Origin: Spirochaetales bacterium Spiro_07 | Lineage (GTDB): Bacteria; Spirochaetota; Spirochaetia; Treponematales; Treponemataceae | Direction of reading: 5' to 3' | DNA: 64,000 bases | Assembly: GCA_001603145.1 (NCBI GenBank) | Contig: LVBI01000014.1 | Location: 23,558-87,557, forward strand | Shown here: one piece after another, positions 1-9,664 of the stretch | Position numbering within the stretch: the first letter of the stretch is position 1 | Layout of the letters: each line of letters begins with the position of its first letter | Notes under the pieces: model-generated | Told to the model about the DNA's origin: nothing | Seen by the model: only the letters and a program-made list of their open reading frames with translations | The model's database searches: none | Program-made: the position numbers and the translations under genes

Positions 1-1067
1 ACAACCGCATAAAAGAAGTCTGGAACACAGTTTTTGACCAATCTTCAAAAGAAAAATTCTATCATCAGCAGACAAGCGATTTGGGCTGCATGGAAGACAC
101 CGGCAACATTGACGCGAGAACAGAAGGCATGTCTTATGGCATGATGATGGCTGTTCAGATGAACCGCAAAGACATTTTTGACAGCATCTGGCATTGGTCA
201 AAAAAATACATGTTCATGAACGAAGGCAAAATGAAAGGCTATTTTGCATGGTCTTGCACCCTTGAAGGCAAGCATAATGCTGAAGGCCCTGCACCTGACG
301 GCGAAGAATTCTATGCTATGGCGCTTTTCTTTGCTTCAAAAAGATGGGGCAACGGTTCAGGCATCTACAACTATGAAGCAGAAGCAAAAAGCTTGCTCAA
401 AACTTGCCTTACCCACAAATATCCGATGTGGAACAGTGAAAATGCTTATATCCTTTTTGTTCCGGCTTGCCCTGACACAGACCCTTCGTATCATTTGCCG
501 CATTTTTACGAGCTGTTTGCCGAATTTGATACAGACAACCATGATTTCTGGAAAAGAGCTGCACAAGCAAGCCGCGAATATCTTGAAAAAAGCATGAACA
601 AAGATACCGGTCTTTGCCCAGAATATGCGCATTTTGACGGCTCGCCTGTCTTAGATTGTGCGTGGGGCGACCACGGCTGGTTTTACAGCGATTCATACAG
701 AACGGCGGCAAACGTCGGACTTGATGCTTTATGGAACGGCACAACTGTACCACTTTACGAGCGCATAAAGGCGATTCAGCTTTTCTTTAAAGACATTGCG
801 CCATGCGATTACGGCATCTATAAAATTGACGGCACACCTGTAGAAGGCACTGCGCTGCATCCAGTTGCGCTGCTCGCAACGCTTGCACAGTCAAGCCTTG
901 CAATTTTTGCAAATCCTGAAGCTGACAAAAAAAGCCTTGAAATTGCAGAACATTACGTGCACCTTTTCTGGCACACACCGCTTCGCACTGGCAAAAGACG
1001 CTATTACGACAACTGCCTTTACATTTTTGCTCTTCTTGCTTTAAGCGGAAATTACAAGCCTTTTTGA
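1..1067 (+). CDS. Glycoside hydrolase family 8 (exo-oligoxylanase/endoglucanase-like), 5'-truncated by window edge
   Basis: Frame of ORF 81..1067 stays open back to base 3. GH8-like motifs TEGMSYGMMMAVQMN, DGEEFYAMALFFASKRWG and DPSYHLPHFYELF. Confidence 0.75.
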   Translation, partial: NRIKEVWNTVFDQSSKEKFYHQQTSDLGCMEDTGNIDARTEGMSYGMMMAVQMNRKDIFDSIWHWSKKYMFMNEGKMKGYFAWSCTLEGKHNAEGPAPDGEEFYAMALFFASKRWGNGSGIYNYEAEAKSLLKTCLTHKYPMWNSENAYILFVPACPDTDPSYHLPHFYELFAEFDTDNHDFWKRAAQASREYLEKSMNKDTGLCPEYAHFDGSPVLDCAWGDHGWFYSDSYRTAANVGLDALWNGTTVPLYERIKAIQLFFKDIAPCDYGIYKIDGTPVEGTALHPVALLATLAQSSLAIFANPEADKKSLEIAEHYVHLFWHTPLRTGKRRYYDNCLYIFALLALSGNYKPF

Positions 1068-1133
1068 TGAATTTTCTGCCGCAAGCGCGCATAAAAGCTT
1101 GCGGTACATTGCTTTACAAGGTAGAATTATCAC

Positions 1134-1946
1134 ATGAAACATTCAGTTTTTTTCTTTTTTATTTTGGCTGCTTCTTTATCGGCGGCTGCGCAAACAATGC
1201 CGACTGTGTCTTCGCCAGAAATGCCTTCATTTTCAAGCTTTCCGTCTGTGTCGCAGTCTAGCCCTGCAAGCATTAGCACACCAGAAAAAAGTAACGCGGC
1301 TGACACTAAAAAAGATGAAACAGCCACTTCAAAGAACGACCAATATCTTACGGCGGCAAGCCTTTCAGATTTTACGCGCGTTCTTTCGGGCAATTCAAAC
1401 AACACCGATATTATTTCTTCGCTTTTAGGCAAAAACAACAAGACAGCCGATGATTCAGCCGCCACAAATGCACTGCTTCAGCAAATTTTAACACAGCTTG
1501 AAAGTATGCAGCGCGAAGCAGATGAAAAGCCTGTGTTCGATTCAGTACAAGAAAAGCCGCAGACTTTTGAAGAAAAACCTAAGAACAAAGCAAAAATCAT
1601 ACGATTTACGGCAAACGGCTATAATCTGCTATCTACATGCCGTGAGATTTTCTCTTCAGGCAAATCTGACGACGGCAGCTTCTTGATTACGGGCGACCGC
1701 AAATATTTGTCGAACAACGAAACACGTAGCGAAACATTCTATTTGCTGTTCAATAAAATTTCAGATAAAACATACAACGTTGCGGTTACTGTCTTGCAAG
1801 ACCGGCTCAACGTTTATTCGTTTTTGTACCAGCTTTCTGGCAAAACGCCGCTTGTTGCCACATCAACTGGCAATCTGGTTGTGCTTACAGTGAATGAACC
1901 TGAATGGAAGTTCGATTTGCTTATTGACATTGCCAATTTGGACTAA
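1134..1946 (+). CDS. Hypothetical exported protein
   Basis: 270-aa ORF with N-terminal signal peptide MKHSVFFFFILAASLSAAAQ and a Ser/Pro-rich linker. No recognisable catalytic motif. Confidence 0.6.
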   Translation: MKHSVFFFFILAASLSAAAQTMPTVSSPEMPSFSSFPSVSQSSPASISTPEKSNAADTKKDETATSKNDQYLTAASLSDFTRVLSGNSNNTDIISSLLGKNNKTADDSAATNALLQQILTQLESMQREADEKPVFDSVQEKPQTFEEKPKNKAKIIRFTANGYNLLSTCREIFSSGKSDDGSFLITGDRKYLSNNETRSETFYLLFNKISDKTYNVAVTVLQDRLNVYSFLYQLSGKTPLVATSTGNLVVLTVNEPEWKFDLLIDIANLD

Positions 1947-1985
1947 ACCGTTCGGCCTTATATAAAAATTAAATGAGGTTAAAAA

Positions 1986-2378
1986 ATGGTCAACAAAAAA
2001 TTTAAAATTGCCGCAGTTCTTATGATAATTCATGGAGCTTTTATGGAGGCGCTCACAGGTCTTACGCTAATGCCTTTCGTTTTGAAATCAGGCTTTAACA
2101 GCAATGCGATTCCGCCTTTTTTTGTGATTGACTTCTTTAGGAACAATCTTGTTTTCATGCTGCCGATGGCAGTGATTTTCGGAATAACAAGGATTTTCGG
2201 CGCAATCGGTGTTCTTAAAAACCGAAAATGGGGATTTGTCCTTTCAGTTATAAACTGCGTTTTGACGATGAACCTTATGCTTTTTATGATTCCTTCAGGA
2301 ATTGCAGACGGCATTTTTGCATGTTCTGCATTGATTCTGCTTCTGACTGGCTATTACGAAAAAGAATCTATCAATTAA
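1986..2378 (+). CDS. Hypothetical integral membrane protein (about 4 TM)
   Basis: 130-aa ORF made almost entirely of hydrophobic helices. AAATGAGG SD-like sequence upstream. Confidence 0.55.
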   Translation: MVNKKFKIAAVLMIIHGAFMEALTGLTLMPFVLKSGFNSNAIPPFFVIDFFRNNLVFMLPMAVIFGITRIFGAIGVLKNRKWGFVLSVINCVLTMNLMLFMIPSGIADGIFACSALILLLTGYYEKESIN

Positions 2379-2413
2379 TTTTTCGTTCCGATTAAACCAA
2401 CATTCAATCGCAT

Positions 2414-2453
2414 AAAAAAAGCACATCTGAAAACCAGATGTGCTTAATTTTTT
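2414..2453. terminator. Bidirectional rho-independent terminator between convergent genes
   Basis: A-run, stem GCACATCTG (2421-2429) / CAGATGTGC (2435-2443), then a T-run. Confidence 0.75.
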
Positions 2454-2520
2454 CAAGTTAATACAAGCTTAAACTTTTTAAAGTTTATAGGGAAAAGACT
2501 TGTAAAAACCCTAATGCCTT

Positions 2521-3468
2521 TTACTCTTTTACACCACCGATTGTCATACCAACTACGAAGTATTTCTGTACGAATGGATAAACAACCAAGATAGGAAGCG
2601 TTGCAACCATTGTAATAGAAGAACGTATACTGATTGGTGTTGATTTAGATGCTGTTGAACCTGCGCCCGCTGCAACAGCCATTGAGTTTGCATCGGCAGC
2701 CGAAGAACTCTGGTTCTGGCTTTGCTGCAAGAACGACATCAAGACATACTGCAAAGAATGCAGCTTCGGCTTGTCTGAACAATACAAGTATGTATCAAAC
2801 CAGCTGTTCCATGCATTAACGGCAGTGAACAAAGAAATCATCGCAACAGAAGGCACAACAAGCGGCATAATGATATTCAAGAAAATCTTAAATTCATTCG
2901 CACCGTCAATACGGGCAGATTCAACAAAGCTGTCCGGCAATCCGTTAATGTATGTTCTTACAAGAATAAAGTTGAAAATATCAACAAGGCACGGAATGAT
3001 ATAAACGGAATATTTGCCCAAAAGGTGGAGCTTCTTGATAAGCATATATCCCGGAATCAAACCGGCGTTTACATACATCGAAATAACAAGAATTGTCGTA
3101 AGCCATTTTCTAAGCACGAATTCCTTGCGGCTCAAAGCGTAAGCAAGCATTGTTGTACAGAATACGCTTAAAATTGTCTGCAAGATTGTTCTTGTTACAG
3201 AAATGAAACCAGCCTGAAAGATACGCGGTGTAACGAACAAGTCTTGATAGTTCTTCCATGTAAATTTACGAGGCCAGAGTTTAATTCCTCCCTTAAGAGA
3301 ATCAAGACCATCATTCAAAGAAATGGCGATTGTATTCCAGAAAGGATAAACTGTAGCAACAACTACAAATAAAAGTACAGCATATATAATCACATCGAAT
3401 ATGAAGTTGCCCAAAGCAGTGCGTCTTTTGGCAGCAGCATATTCTGAACGTTTTTTATCATCTATCAT
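2521..3468 (-). CDS. Carbohydrate ABC transporter permease (LplC-like)
   Basis: 6-TM protein with EAA loop ESARIDGANEFKIFLNIIMPL. 4-nt overlap with the upstream permease gene. Confidence 0.85.
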   Translation of the reverse strand: MIDDKKRSEYAAAKRRTALGNFIFDVIIYAVLLFVVVATVYPFWNTIAISLNDGLDSLKGGIKLWPRKFTWKNYQDLFVTPRIFQAGFISVTRTILQTILSVFCTTMLAYALSRKEFVLRKWLTTILVISMYVNAGLIPGYMLIKKLHLLGKYSVYIIPCLVDIFNFILVRTYINGLPDSFVESARIDGANEFKIFLNIIMPLVVPSVAMISLFTAVNAWNSWFDTYLYCSDKPKLHSLQYVLMSFLQQSQNQSSSAADANSMAVAAGAGSTASKSTPISIRSSITMVATLPILVVYPFVQKYFVVGMTIGGVKE

Positions 3469-4436
3469 ATCAAACGCTCCTCACCGCTCTTCTTAGCGAT
3501 AGTATTTGCTATGATAAGAAGAAGAATATTAACAACATTCTTAAAGATACCGGCAGCAGTAGCCAGACCGTATCTAGATAACTTGAAACCATATTTCAAT
3601 ACATAAATATCAATTGTTTCAGCTACATCCTGAATCATGCCATTCTGCAACAAGTATGGCATTTCAAAGTTAGCATCAAGAATATGACCGGCAGACATAA
3701 TCATCATAATGATGATTGTTGGCTTAATTCCTGGCAATGTGATATGCCAGATTTTGCGGAGACGGCCGCAACCGTCAATCTGTGCTGCTTCGTACAAACA
3801 AGGGTCAATGGCTGTCATTGCACCGAGATATACGATTGTGTTCCAACCTACTTCCTTCCAAACATAAGTCCAACCTATGATATGCCAGAAGTATTTTTGT
3901 ACAGCGAGCCATTGAATCGGCTCGTTTACAATTCCAAGCCACAACAATATGTCATTTAAAATTCCGTCTTCAACGGAAAGAACATTCGCAACCAAACCCG
4001 TAACAATAACCCAAGAAAGGAAGTGCGGGAGATAAGAAACTGTCTGAACGAACCTCTTGATGCCGATATTACGAACTTCGTTCAAGAAAACAGCAATCAA
4101 AATTGCAGTAACATAACCAAGAGCCGTACTGATAAGGCTCATGCCTACTGTATTTCTTAAAGAAAGAAGGAATTCTGGTTCAGTAAAAAGCTGGGCAAAC
4201 CATTTCATGCCAACCCAAGTCTGGTCGGTGAATGATTTATAAGGCTTATAATCCTGGAATGCCATTGACCAGCCAAAAAGAGGAATATATCTGAACAGAA
4301 TAATATAAAGTACAAATGGGAGCGACATAAGAATAAGCATTTTCTGCTTACTCAATATCTGCCATTTGCTTTTTTTATTCACAAGCACTGTTGAGGTTGA
4401 TGCCGTTGCAGTGCCAGAATCATTTTTATTTTTCAT
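3465..4436 (-). CDS. Carbohydrate ABC transporter permease (LplB-like)
   Basis: EAA loop EAAQIDGCGRLRKIWHITLPGI. Start moved to the ATG (MKNKNDSG), because codon 1 of the listed ORF is TTG. Confidence 0.85.
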   Translation of the reverse strand: MKNKNDSGTATASTSTVLVNKKSKWQILSKQKMLILMSLPFVLYIILFRYIPLFGWSMAFQDYKPYKSFTDQTWVGMKWFAQLFTEPEFLLSLRNTVGMSLISTALGYVTAILIAVFLNEVRNIGIKRFVQTVSYLPHFLSWVIVTGLVANVLSVEDGILNDILLWLGIVNEPIQWLAVQKYFWHIIGWTYVWKEVGWNTIVYLGAMTAIDPCLYEAAQIDGCGRLRKIWHITLPGIKPTIIIMMIMSAGHILDANFEMPYLLQNGMIQDVAETIDIYVLKYGFKLSRYGLATAAGIFKNVVNILLLIIANTIAKKSGEERLI

Positions 4437-4462
4437 AAAAAAACACTCATCCAAAAAATGAT

Positions 4463-4500
4463 TAAAAAAAAGTCCACAGAATATCTCCGTGGACTTTTTT
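4463..4500 (-). terminator. Intra-operon hairpin / partial terminator after the binding-protein gene
   Basis: Stem AGTCCAC (4471-4477) / GTGGACT (4489-4495), flanked by A8 and T6 runs. A second hairpin GAACTGT/ACAGTTC lies at 4509-4527. Confidence 0.55.
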
Positions 4501-4598
4501 AAGACAGAGAACTGTTCTTCACAGTTCCCTGCCCATGTTTAAGCTAGACACTATTGTGTCCAAGCCTTAAAGCTTTGCAACTTCAAGGCTTGACTTAA

Positions 4599-6323
4599 TT
4601 AGTCCTGAAAACCACCGAATGCTTCAACACGGTGATCGAGCTGCTGCTGCATGAACTTGTTGTATTTCTCTGTAAGAGGTTTCAACAATGCACAGTATTC
4701 GTTCCATGTCTTATCGAAATCAGCAGGTTTGCCCATAATCATCAATGGGAGATACTTTCTCTGGACTGTTTCGAATCCAGTCATAGCAATAGCTGCTTCT
4801 TCTTCAAATCCACCGTTTTCAGCAGATGGGTTGCACTGCCACATCGGATACCAACCGGCATTCTTTGGCGGGTTAGGATCTACGAATTCGGCATAAGAAC
4901 CAACGTCATAAGCTTTCCACAGGTCAAGGTCAACTTGCTTCTGGCTAACAGCATATTCCCATTCAAGGTCATCCATCTGGCGTGTATATCCAGAAGGCAA
5001 TCTTCCTTCAAGTTTTGGAGCTTCTTCTGTCCAAAGAATAGCACGGTTTTTCTGAAGCCATACAGGATCTTTCTGCTGTGCGCGCTGTTCGTCAGTTCTG
5101 TAAGCAGCACCTTTTGTGCCTGTCTTAGAACCGTCTGTATCGATGAGATAATCTTCACCTTCAAAGCCCCAGTAAAGAACTTTCTGGTTTTCTTCTTTAA
5201 TCATTTCATCCATGAACTGAAGAATCTTGATAGCTTTGTCTTCTGGGCACTTAACAGTGATACCATAACCTCTCTGAAGGTTTGGAAGTGAGCGGTCGCG
5301 GTAGTGCGGCTTAATTGACTCATCAAATACGATTGGGAGCGGAGCATAAGTTCTTTCGTCTTTTCCAGCTGTCCAAAGTGTCTGTTCTGGTTCACCCATG
5401 AACTGCCAACCCTGAATGAACATACCGAGAACACGGCCCTGTGCAATCTTTGCATAGTACTGGTCGCGGTTGTCTGTGAATGAAGCAGGGTCAATCAAGC
5501 CTCTCTGGAAGTAACCGTTAGCAAGTTTGAACCATCTGTAAGCATTCTCGTCAACGAAGTTATCTGTGTAGATATACTTACCGTTTTCAAGAGTAACGTG
5601 TCCGTTACCATCATTTGGATAACCAGCCAAGAAGTTTGGTGGGTTCCACAAGTCGAATGCTTCCCAGTCAGCTGTGATGATTGAGAACGGAATTGTTGGC
5701 ATACCGTCGATTGTCGGATATTTCTTGTAGTAAGCTTCGATGAGATCGAAATATTCATCGATTGTCTTAATCTTTGGATAACCAAATTCTTTAAGAACAG
5801 CTTTCTGAATCCACCAACCGTTCTGATTGTAATATGTGTCAGATGGAACACCATCGATTACACCATAGTTTGGCAAAGAGTAGATGTGCTCTACTTTGAT
5901 AGAACCGTCTGGATTCTTTTCTGAATCCTGGTCAATCATCTTCTTCCATGCAGATTCATAATGCTTTCTAAGATTTGGAGCATATTTTTCTACAAGAGGC
6001 TTAAGGTCGCGGAGACAACCTGCACCCTGGAACTTCTCTGAATCTACTTCTACGAGATCAGGAAGGTCACCTGAAGCGATGAGCAAACCAATTTTCTGGT
6101 CTTTGTCACCAACGAGGATATCCCAAGAGAATGTTACACCGAACTTATCCTCAATCCATTTGTAAGCCTTGTTGTCAGCAGGCGGCTGTTCACGCTGCTG
6201 AATAGTAAAAACAGAGATGTTGAGGGCTTCTTTCTTGCCTTTAGCAGAAGAACCGCCCTTGCTACATCCTACCAAGCTCAATGCCAGGACTGCTGCTGCA
6301 GCAACTAACACGATTTTTTTCAT
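4599..6323 (-). CDS. Extracellular solute-binding lipoprotein of an oligosaccharide ABC importer (LplA-like)
   Basis: Start set at MKKIVLVAAAAVLALSLVGCSKGG (lipobox LVGC), with GGAGGAAAT SD 5 nt upstream. Size and W/Y-rich composition are typical of family-1 large SBPs. Confidence 0.8.
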   Translation of the reverse strand: MKKIVLVAAAAVLALSLVGCSKGGSSAKGKKEALNISVFTIQQREQPPADNKAYKWIEDKFGVTFSWDILVGDKDQKIGLLIASGDLPDLVEVDSEKFQGAGCLRDLKPLVEKYAPNLRKHYESAWKKMIDQDSEKNPDGSIKVEHIYSLPNYGVIDGVPSDTYYNQNGWWIQKAVLKEFGYPKIKTIDEYFDLIEAYYKKYPTIDGMPTIPFSIITADWEAFDLWNPPNFLAGYPNDGNGHVTLENGKYIYTDNFVDENAYRWFKLANGYFQRGLIDPASFTDNRDQYYAKIAQGRVLGMFIQGWQFMGEPEQTLWTAGKDERTYAPLPIVFDESIKPHYRDRSLPNLQRGYGITVKCPEDKAIKILQFMDEMIKEENQKVLYWGFEGEDYLIDTDGSKTGTKGAAYRTDEQRAQQKDPVWLQKNRAILWTEEAPKLEGRLPSGYTRQMDDLEWEYAVSQKQVDLDLWKAYDVGSYAEFVDPNPPKNAGWYPMWQCNPSAENGGFEEEAAIAMTGFETVQRKYLPLMIMGKPADFDKTWNEYCALLKPLTEKYNKFMQQQLDHRVEAFGGFQD

Positions 6324-6611
6324 ATTTCCTCCATATTCCTTTATGTAAATATGATAAGCGACTGTTAAACGATTTACAAATAGGTAAAACCCCCTATAAA
6401 AAATAGCCATCAGACTACTACATATAATACGAGTATTTACAGATCTGCTTCTCATTAAGAAAATAATATTTTCCGCTTTTTTAGGCCTAAATTTCAGATT
6501 AACTATACAAAACAAAAGTAACGAACACCTCTTTCGGCTACTAACTTGAAATATGTATAGCTAAAACCAAATTTTGTGCTATATTTTTTTATAGAATTAT
6601 CGAATTCCTAC

Positions 6612-6640
6612 TTGCCCACGCTTTTCAATTCAAATAATAT
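6612..6640 (+). promoter_or_regulatory. Candidate sigma70-type promoter of the shikimate operon
   Basis: TTGCCC, 17 nt, TAATAT, about 40 nt upstream of the aroF start. Confidence 0.3.
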
Positions 6641-6678
6641 AAAAACATCAATTAGCACAGATTTACAGGAGTATATAT

Positions 6679-7686
6679 ATGGTTGTTGTAGTAAAAAAAG
6701 ACCACGATCAAACACAATTTGATAATTTGACAAAATGGCTTACGAGCCTCGGCGTAAAGATTCACACAAGCGAAGGTGAAAATTCAATCGTGCTCGGCCT
6801 TGTCGGCGACACATCGACAGTCGACATTGATTTGGTGCGCTCGCTCGACATCGTAGAAGACGTAAAGCGTATCCAGGAGCCTTACAAAAACGCCAACAGA
6901 AAATTCCACCCGCAAGACAGCATAATCGACGTGAACGGCGTCAAATTCGGCGGCGGAACATTCAATATAATAGCCGGTCCTTGCTCTGTTGAGTCTGAAG
7001 AGCAAGTTGTGAGCATCGCAAAGCAGGTCAAAGCTTCTGGTGCAACGATGCTCCGCGGCGGCGCATTCAAGCCGCGTACTTCGCCATATTCTTTTCAAGG
7101 TCTCGGCGCAAACGGCATCGAGTATCTTTTAAAAGCGAAAGAAGCGACCGGTCTTCCGATTGTTTCAGAAATAATGGAATTCTCTCAGCTGCCGCTTTTT
7201 GACGACGTTGATCTTATTCAGGTCGGCGCACGCAACATGCAGAATTTTGAGCTTCTCAAGGAGCTTGGCCACACAAAGAAGCCGATTCTTCTTAAGCGCG
7301 GCCTTGCAAACACGATTCAGGAGCTTCTTATGAGCGTTGAGTACATAATGGCGGGCGGCAACGAGAACGTGATTCTCTGCGAACGCGGCATACGCACTTT
7401 TGAGACCGCCACAAGAAACACGCTCGACATTTCAGCTATTCCAGTCTTGAAAAAGCAGACTCACCTTCCGATTGTTATTGACCCGAGCCACGCATGCGGA
7501 ATTTCTTCTTATGTTAAGCCGCTCGCAATGGCTGCAACAGCCGCCGGTGCAGACGGTCTTATGATTGAAGTGCACAACGATCCTCAACATGCGCTCTGTG
7601 ACGGCGCTCAATCGCTCACGCCGCAAGTTTTCGACGATGTGGCAAAATGCTGCTTTGCACTCAGACCTTATGCTTATAAAGGCTAA
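6679..7686 (+). CDS. aroF: 3-deoxy-7-phosphoheptulonate (DAHP) synthase, type I-beta with N-terminal regulatory domain
   Basis: About 70-aa ferredoxin/ACT-like N-terminus, then a KDO8P/DAHP barrel with motifs AGPCSVES, KPRTSPYSFQGLG and VIDPSH. Confidence 0.9.
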   Translation: MVVVVKKDHDQTQFDNLTKWLTSLGVKIHTSEGENSIVLGLVGDTSTVDIDLVRSLDIVEDVKRIQEPYKNANRKFHPQDSIIDVNGVKFGGGTFNIIAGPCSVESEEQVVSIAKQVKASGATMLRGGAFKPRTSPYSFQGLGANGIEYLLKAKEATGLPIVSEIMEFSQLPLFDDVDLIQVGARNMQNFELLKELGHTKKPILLKRGLANTIQELLMSVEYIMAGGNENVILCERGIRTFETATRNTLDISAIPVLKKQTHLPIVIDPSHACGISSYVKPLAMAATAAGADGLMIEVHNDPQHALCDGAQSLTPQVFDDVAKCCFALRPYAYKG

Positions 7687-7734
7687 GCAAGTCTTTCAGA
7701 ATAAAAAGCAAAAATTGTATTTTCGGAGTATTTC

Positions 7735-8583
7735 ATGATAGTTGGAATTGTAGGCTTAGGTCTCATCGGCGGCTCTGTAGCAAAAGCGATAAAGCACAGC
7801 ACGCCTCATACAGTTTTGGGAAGGGATGTTCTTGAGCCGGTTTTGCGGAAAGCGATTCTTCTGGATGCGGTTGATGATTCTTTGACAGATGAGAAGCTCT
7901 CTATTTGCGACATCATCATCATAGCCACATATCCTGGCATCTGCATCGACTTTGTAAAGAACAATTATACAAAATTCAAGAAAGACGTAATCGTGATGGA
8001 CTGCTGCGGCGTTAAGCAGGTCGTATGCGACGCATTATTTCCGCTGGCAAAAGAAAACGGCTTTACCTTCATAGGCGCACACCCGATGGCGGGCCTTGAA
8101 TATTCGGGCTTTGACAACGCACAGCGTAAGCTTTTCAACAACGCATCGATTATACTTGTGCCGCCGCAGAACACAGACCTTGAGCTTCTGCATAAAATCA
8201 AGCAGCTCTGGAGCGAACTTGGATTCACCAATTTTGAAATTACGACACCCGAAAAACACGACAGAATCATTGCCTATACATCGCAGCTTGCGCACGTTGT
8301 TTCAAGCGCATACATAAAAAGCCCCACCGCAAAAGAACATGCCGGTTTTTCAGCCGGAAGCTACAAGGACATGACGCGCGTTGCAAGGCTCAACGAAACG
8401 ATGTGGACGGAACTTTTTCTTGAAAATGCAGAAAATCTTGAAAAAGAAGTGGACACTGTAATTGAAAATCTGACAAAATACAGAGATGCCATTAAAGCCA
8501 AAGACGAAACAACGCTGAAGGAACTTCTTAAAGAGGGCAGAATCTGCAAAGAAAACGCAGACAAAGGAGAAGACCGCCTGTGA
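7735..8583 (+). CDS. tyrA: Prephenate dehydrogenase
   Basis: Rossmann motif IVGLGLIGGS, then GAHPMAG and SQLAHVV. Confidence 0.85.
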   Translation: MIVGIVGLGLIGGSVAKAIKHSTPHTVLGRDVLEPVLRKAILLDAVDDSLTDEKLSICDIIIIATYPGICIDFVKNNYTKFKKDVIVMDCCGVKQVVCDALFPLAKENGFTFIGAHPMAGLEYSGFDNAQRKLFNNASIILVPPQNTDLELLHKIKQLWSELGFTNFEITTPEKHDRIIAYTSQLAHVVSSAYIKSPTAKEHAGFSAGSYKDMTRVARLNETMWTELFLENAENLEKEVDTVIENLTKYRDAIKAKDETTLKELLKEGRICKENADKGEDRL

Positions 8584-9650
8584 AGAAAATCGAAGTAAAA
8601 GCTTCAAAGACTTACCCAGTTTTTATTGATTCAAACTTGATTGGCGATGCCGGAAAATTCATCAAGGACACAGTTTCTCCGCTGCCTGCAAAAGTTGCGC
8701 TTTTCTGCGACGACAAAGTGGAACAGCTCTATGCCGCCGTTGTCGAAAAATCACTTAAGGACAGCGGCTTTGAAACATATAAATTCGTATTTAATAACGG
8801 CGAAGCCCAAAAACACATGGGCACAATTGTTCAGATGATAGAATTCCTTGCCCAGAATGATTTTACGCGCAAAGATTTGGCGGTTGCACTCGGCGGCGGC
8901 GTTACAGGCGATATGACCGGGTTTTCTGCCGCCATCTACAAGCGCGGCATCAGATTCGTGCAAATTCCGACGACGTTGCTTGCAATGGTCGATTCTTCGG
9001 TCGGCGGCAAGACAGGCTGCAACTTGAGCGCAGGCAAAAACCTTGCAGGCGCATTCTATCAGCCGGAACTCGTAATCTGCGATACAGACTGTCTTAAAAC
9101 TTTAGACGACAAAGATTTCGCTTGCGGGCTTGCAGAAGCGATTAAAACAGCCGTTATCCGCGATGCAAAGCTTTTTGAGGTTTTCAAAAGGCGCATAACG
9201 AAAAACGATTCGGAAACGCTCAAAAATATTATAGCCCGGTGCGTTGAAATTAAGGCTGACGTAGTTGCCCAAGACGAAAAAGAAGGCGGTCTCCGCCAGA
9301 TTCTGAACTTTGGGCACACAATCGGCCACGCAATTGAAAAGCTTAGCGACTACAAGATTCCGCACGGAGAAGCCGTATCAATCGGCATGGCAACAATAAC
9401 TAAAGCTTTTGCAAAAACTGGCAAAGCCGCGCCCGCGCTATACGAAGAGCTTACGGCGGTGCTTGAAGCGAACAACCTACCGGTCAAACACGCATATTCG
9501 GCACAAGCTGTATATTCTGCCGCATTGTCAGACAAAAAACGCAATGCAGCTGATTCAATAACCGCTGTCTGTGCGCCGGAACTTGGCAAGACAGAGCTTC
9601 TGCCGATGAAACTGAAAGATTTTGAAAATCTAGTTTCAGCAAGCTTTTAG
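8580..9650 (+). CDS. aroB: 3-dehydroquinate synthase
   Basis: GTG start overlaps the tyrA stop (GTGA). Motifs GGGVTGDMTGF, VDSSVGGKTG and LNFGHTIGHAIE. Confidence 0.9.
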   Translation: MKKIEVKASKTYPVFIDSNLIGDAGKFIKDTVSPLPAKVALFCDDKVEQLYAAVVEKSLKDSGFETYKFVFNNGEAQKHMGTIVQMIEFLAQNDFTRKDLAVALGGGVTGDMTGFSAAIYKRGIRFVQIPTTLLAMVDSSVGGKTGCNLSAGKNLAGAFYQPELVICDTDCLKTLDDKDFACGLAEAIKTAVIRDAKLFEVFKRRITKNDSETLKNIIARCVEIKADVVAQDEKEGGLRQILNFGHTIGHAIEKLSDYKIPHGEAVSIGMATITKAFAKTGKAAPALYEELTAVLEANNLPVKHAYSAQAVYSAALSDKKRNAADSITAVCAPELGKTELLPMKLKDFENLVSASF

Positions 9651-9664
9651 CCGACGGAGAATCA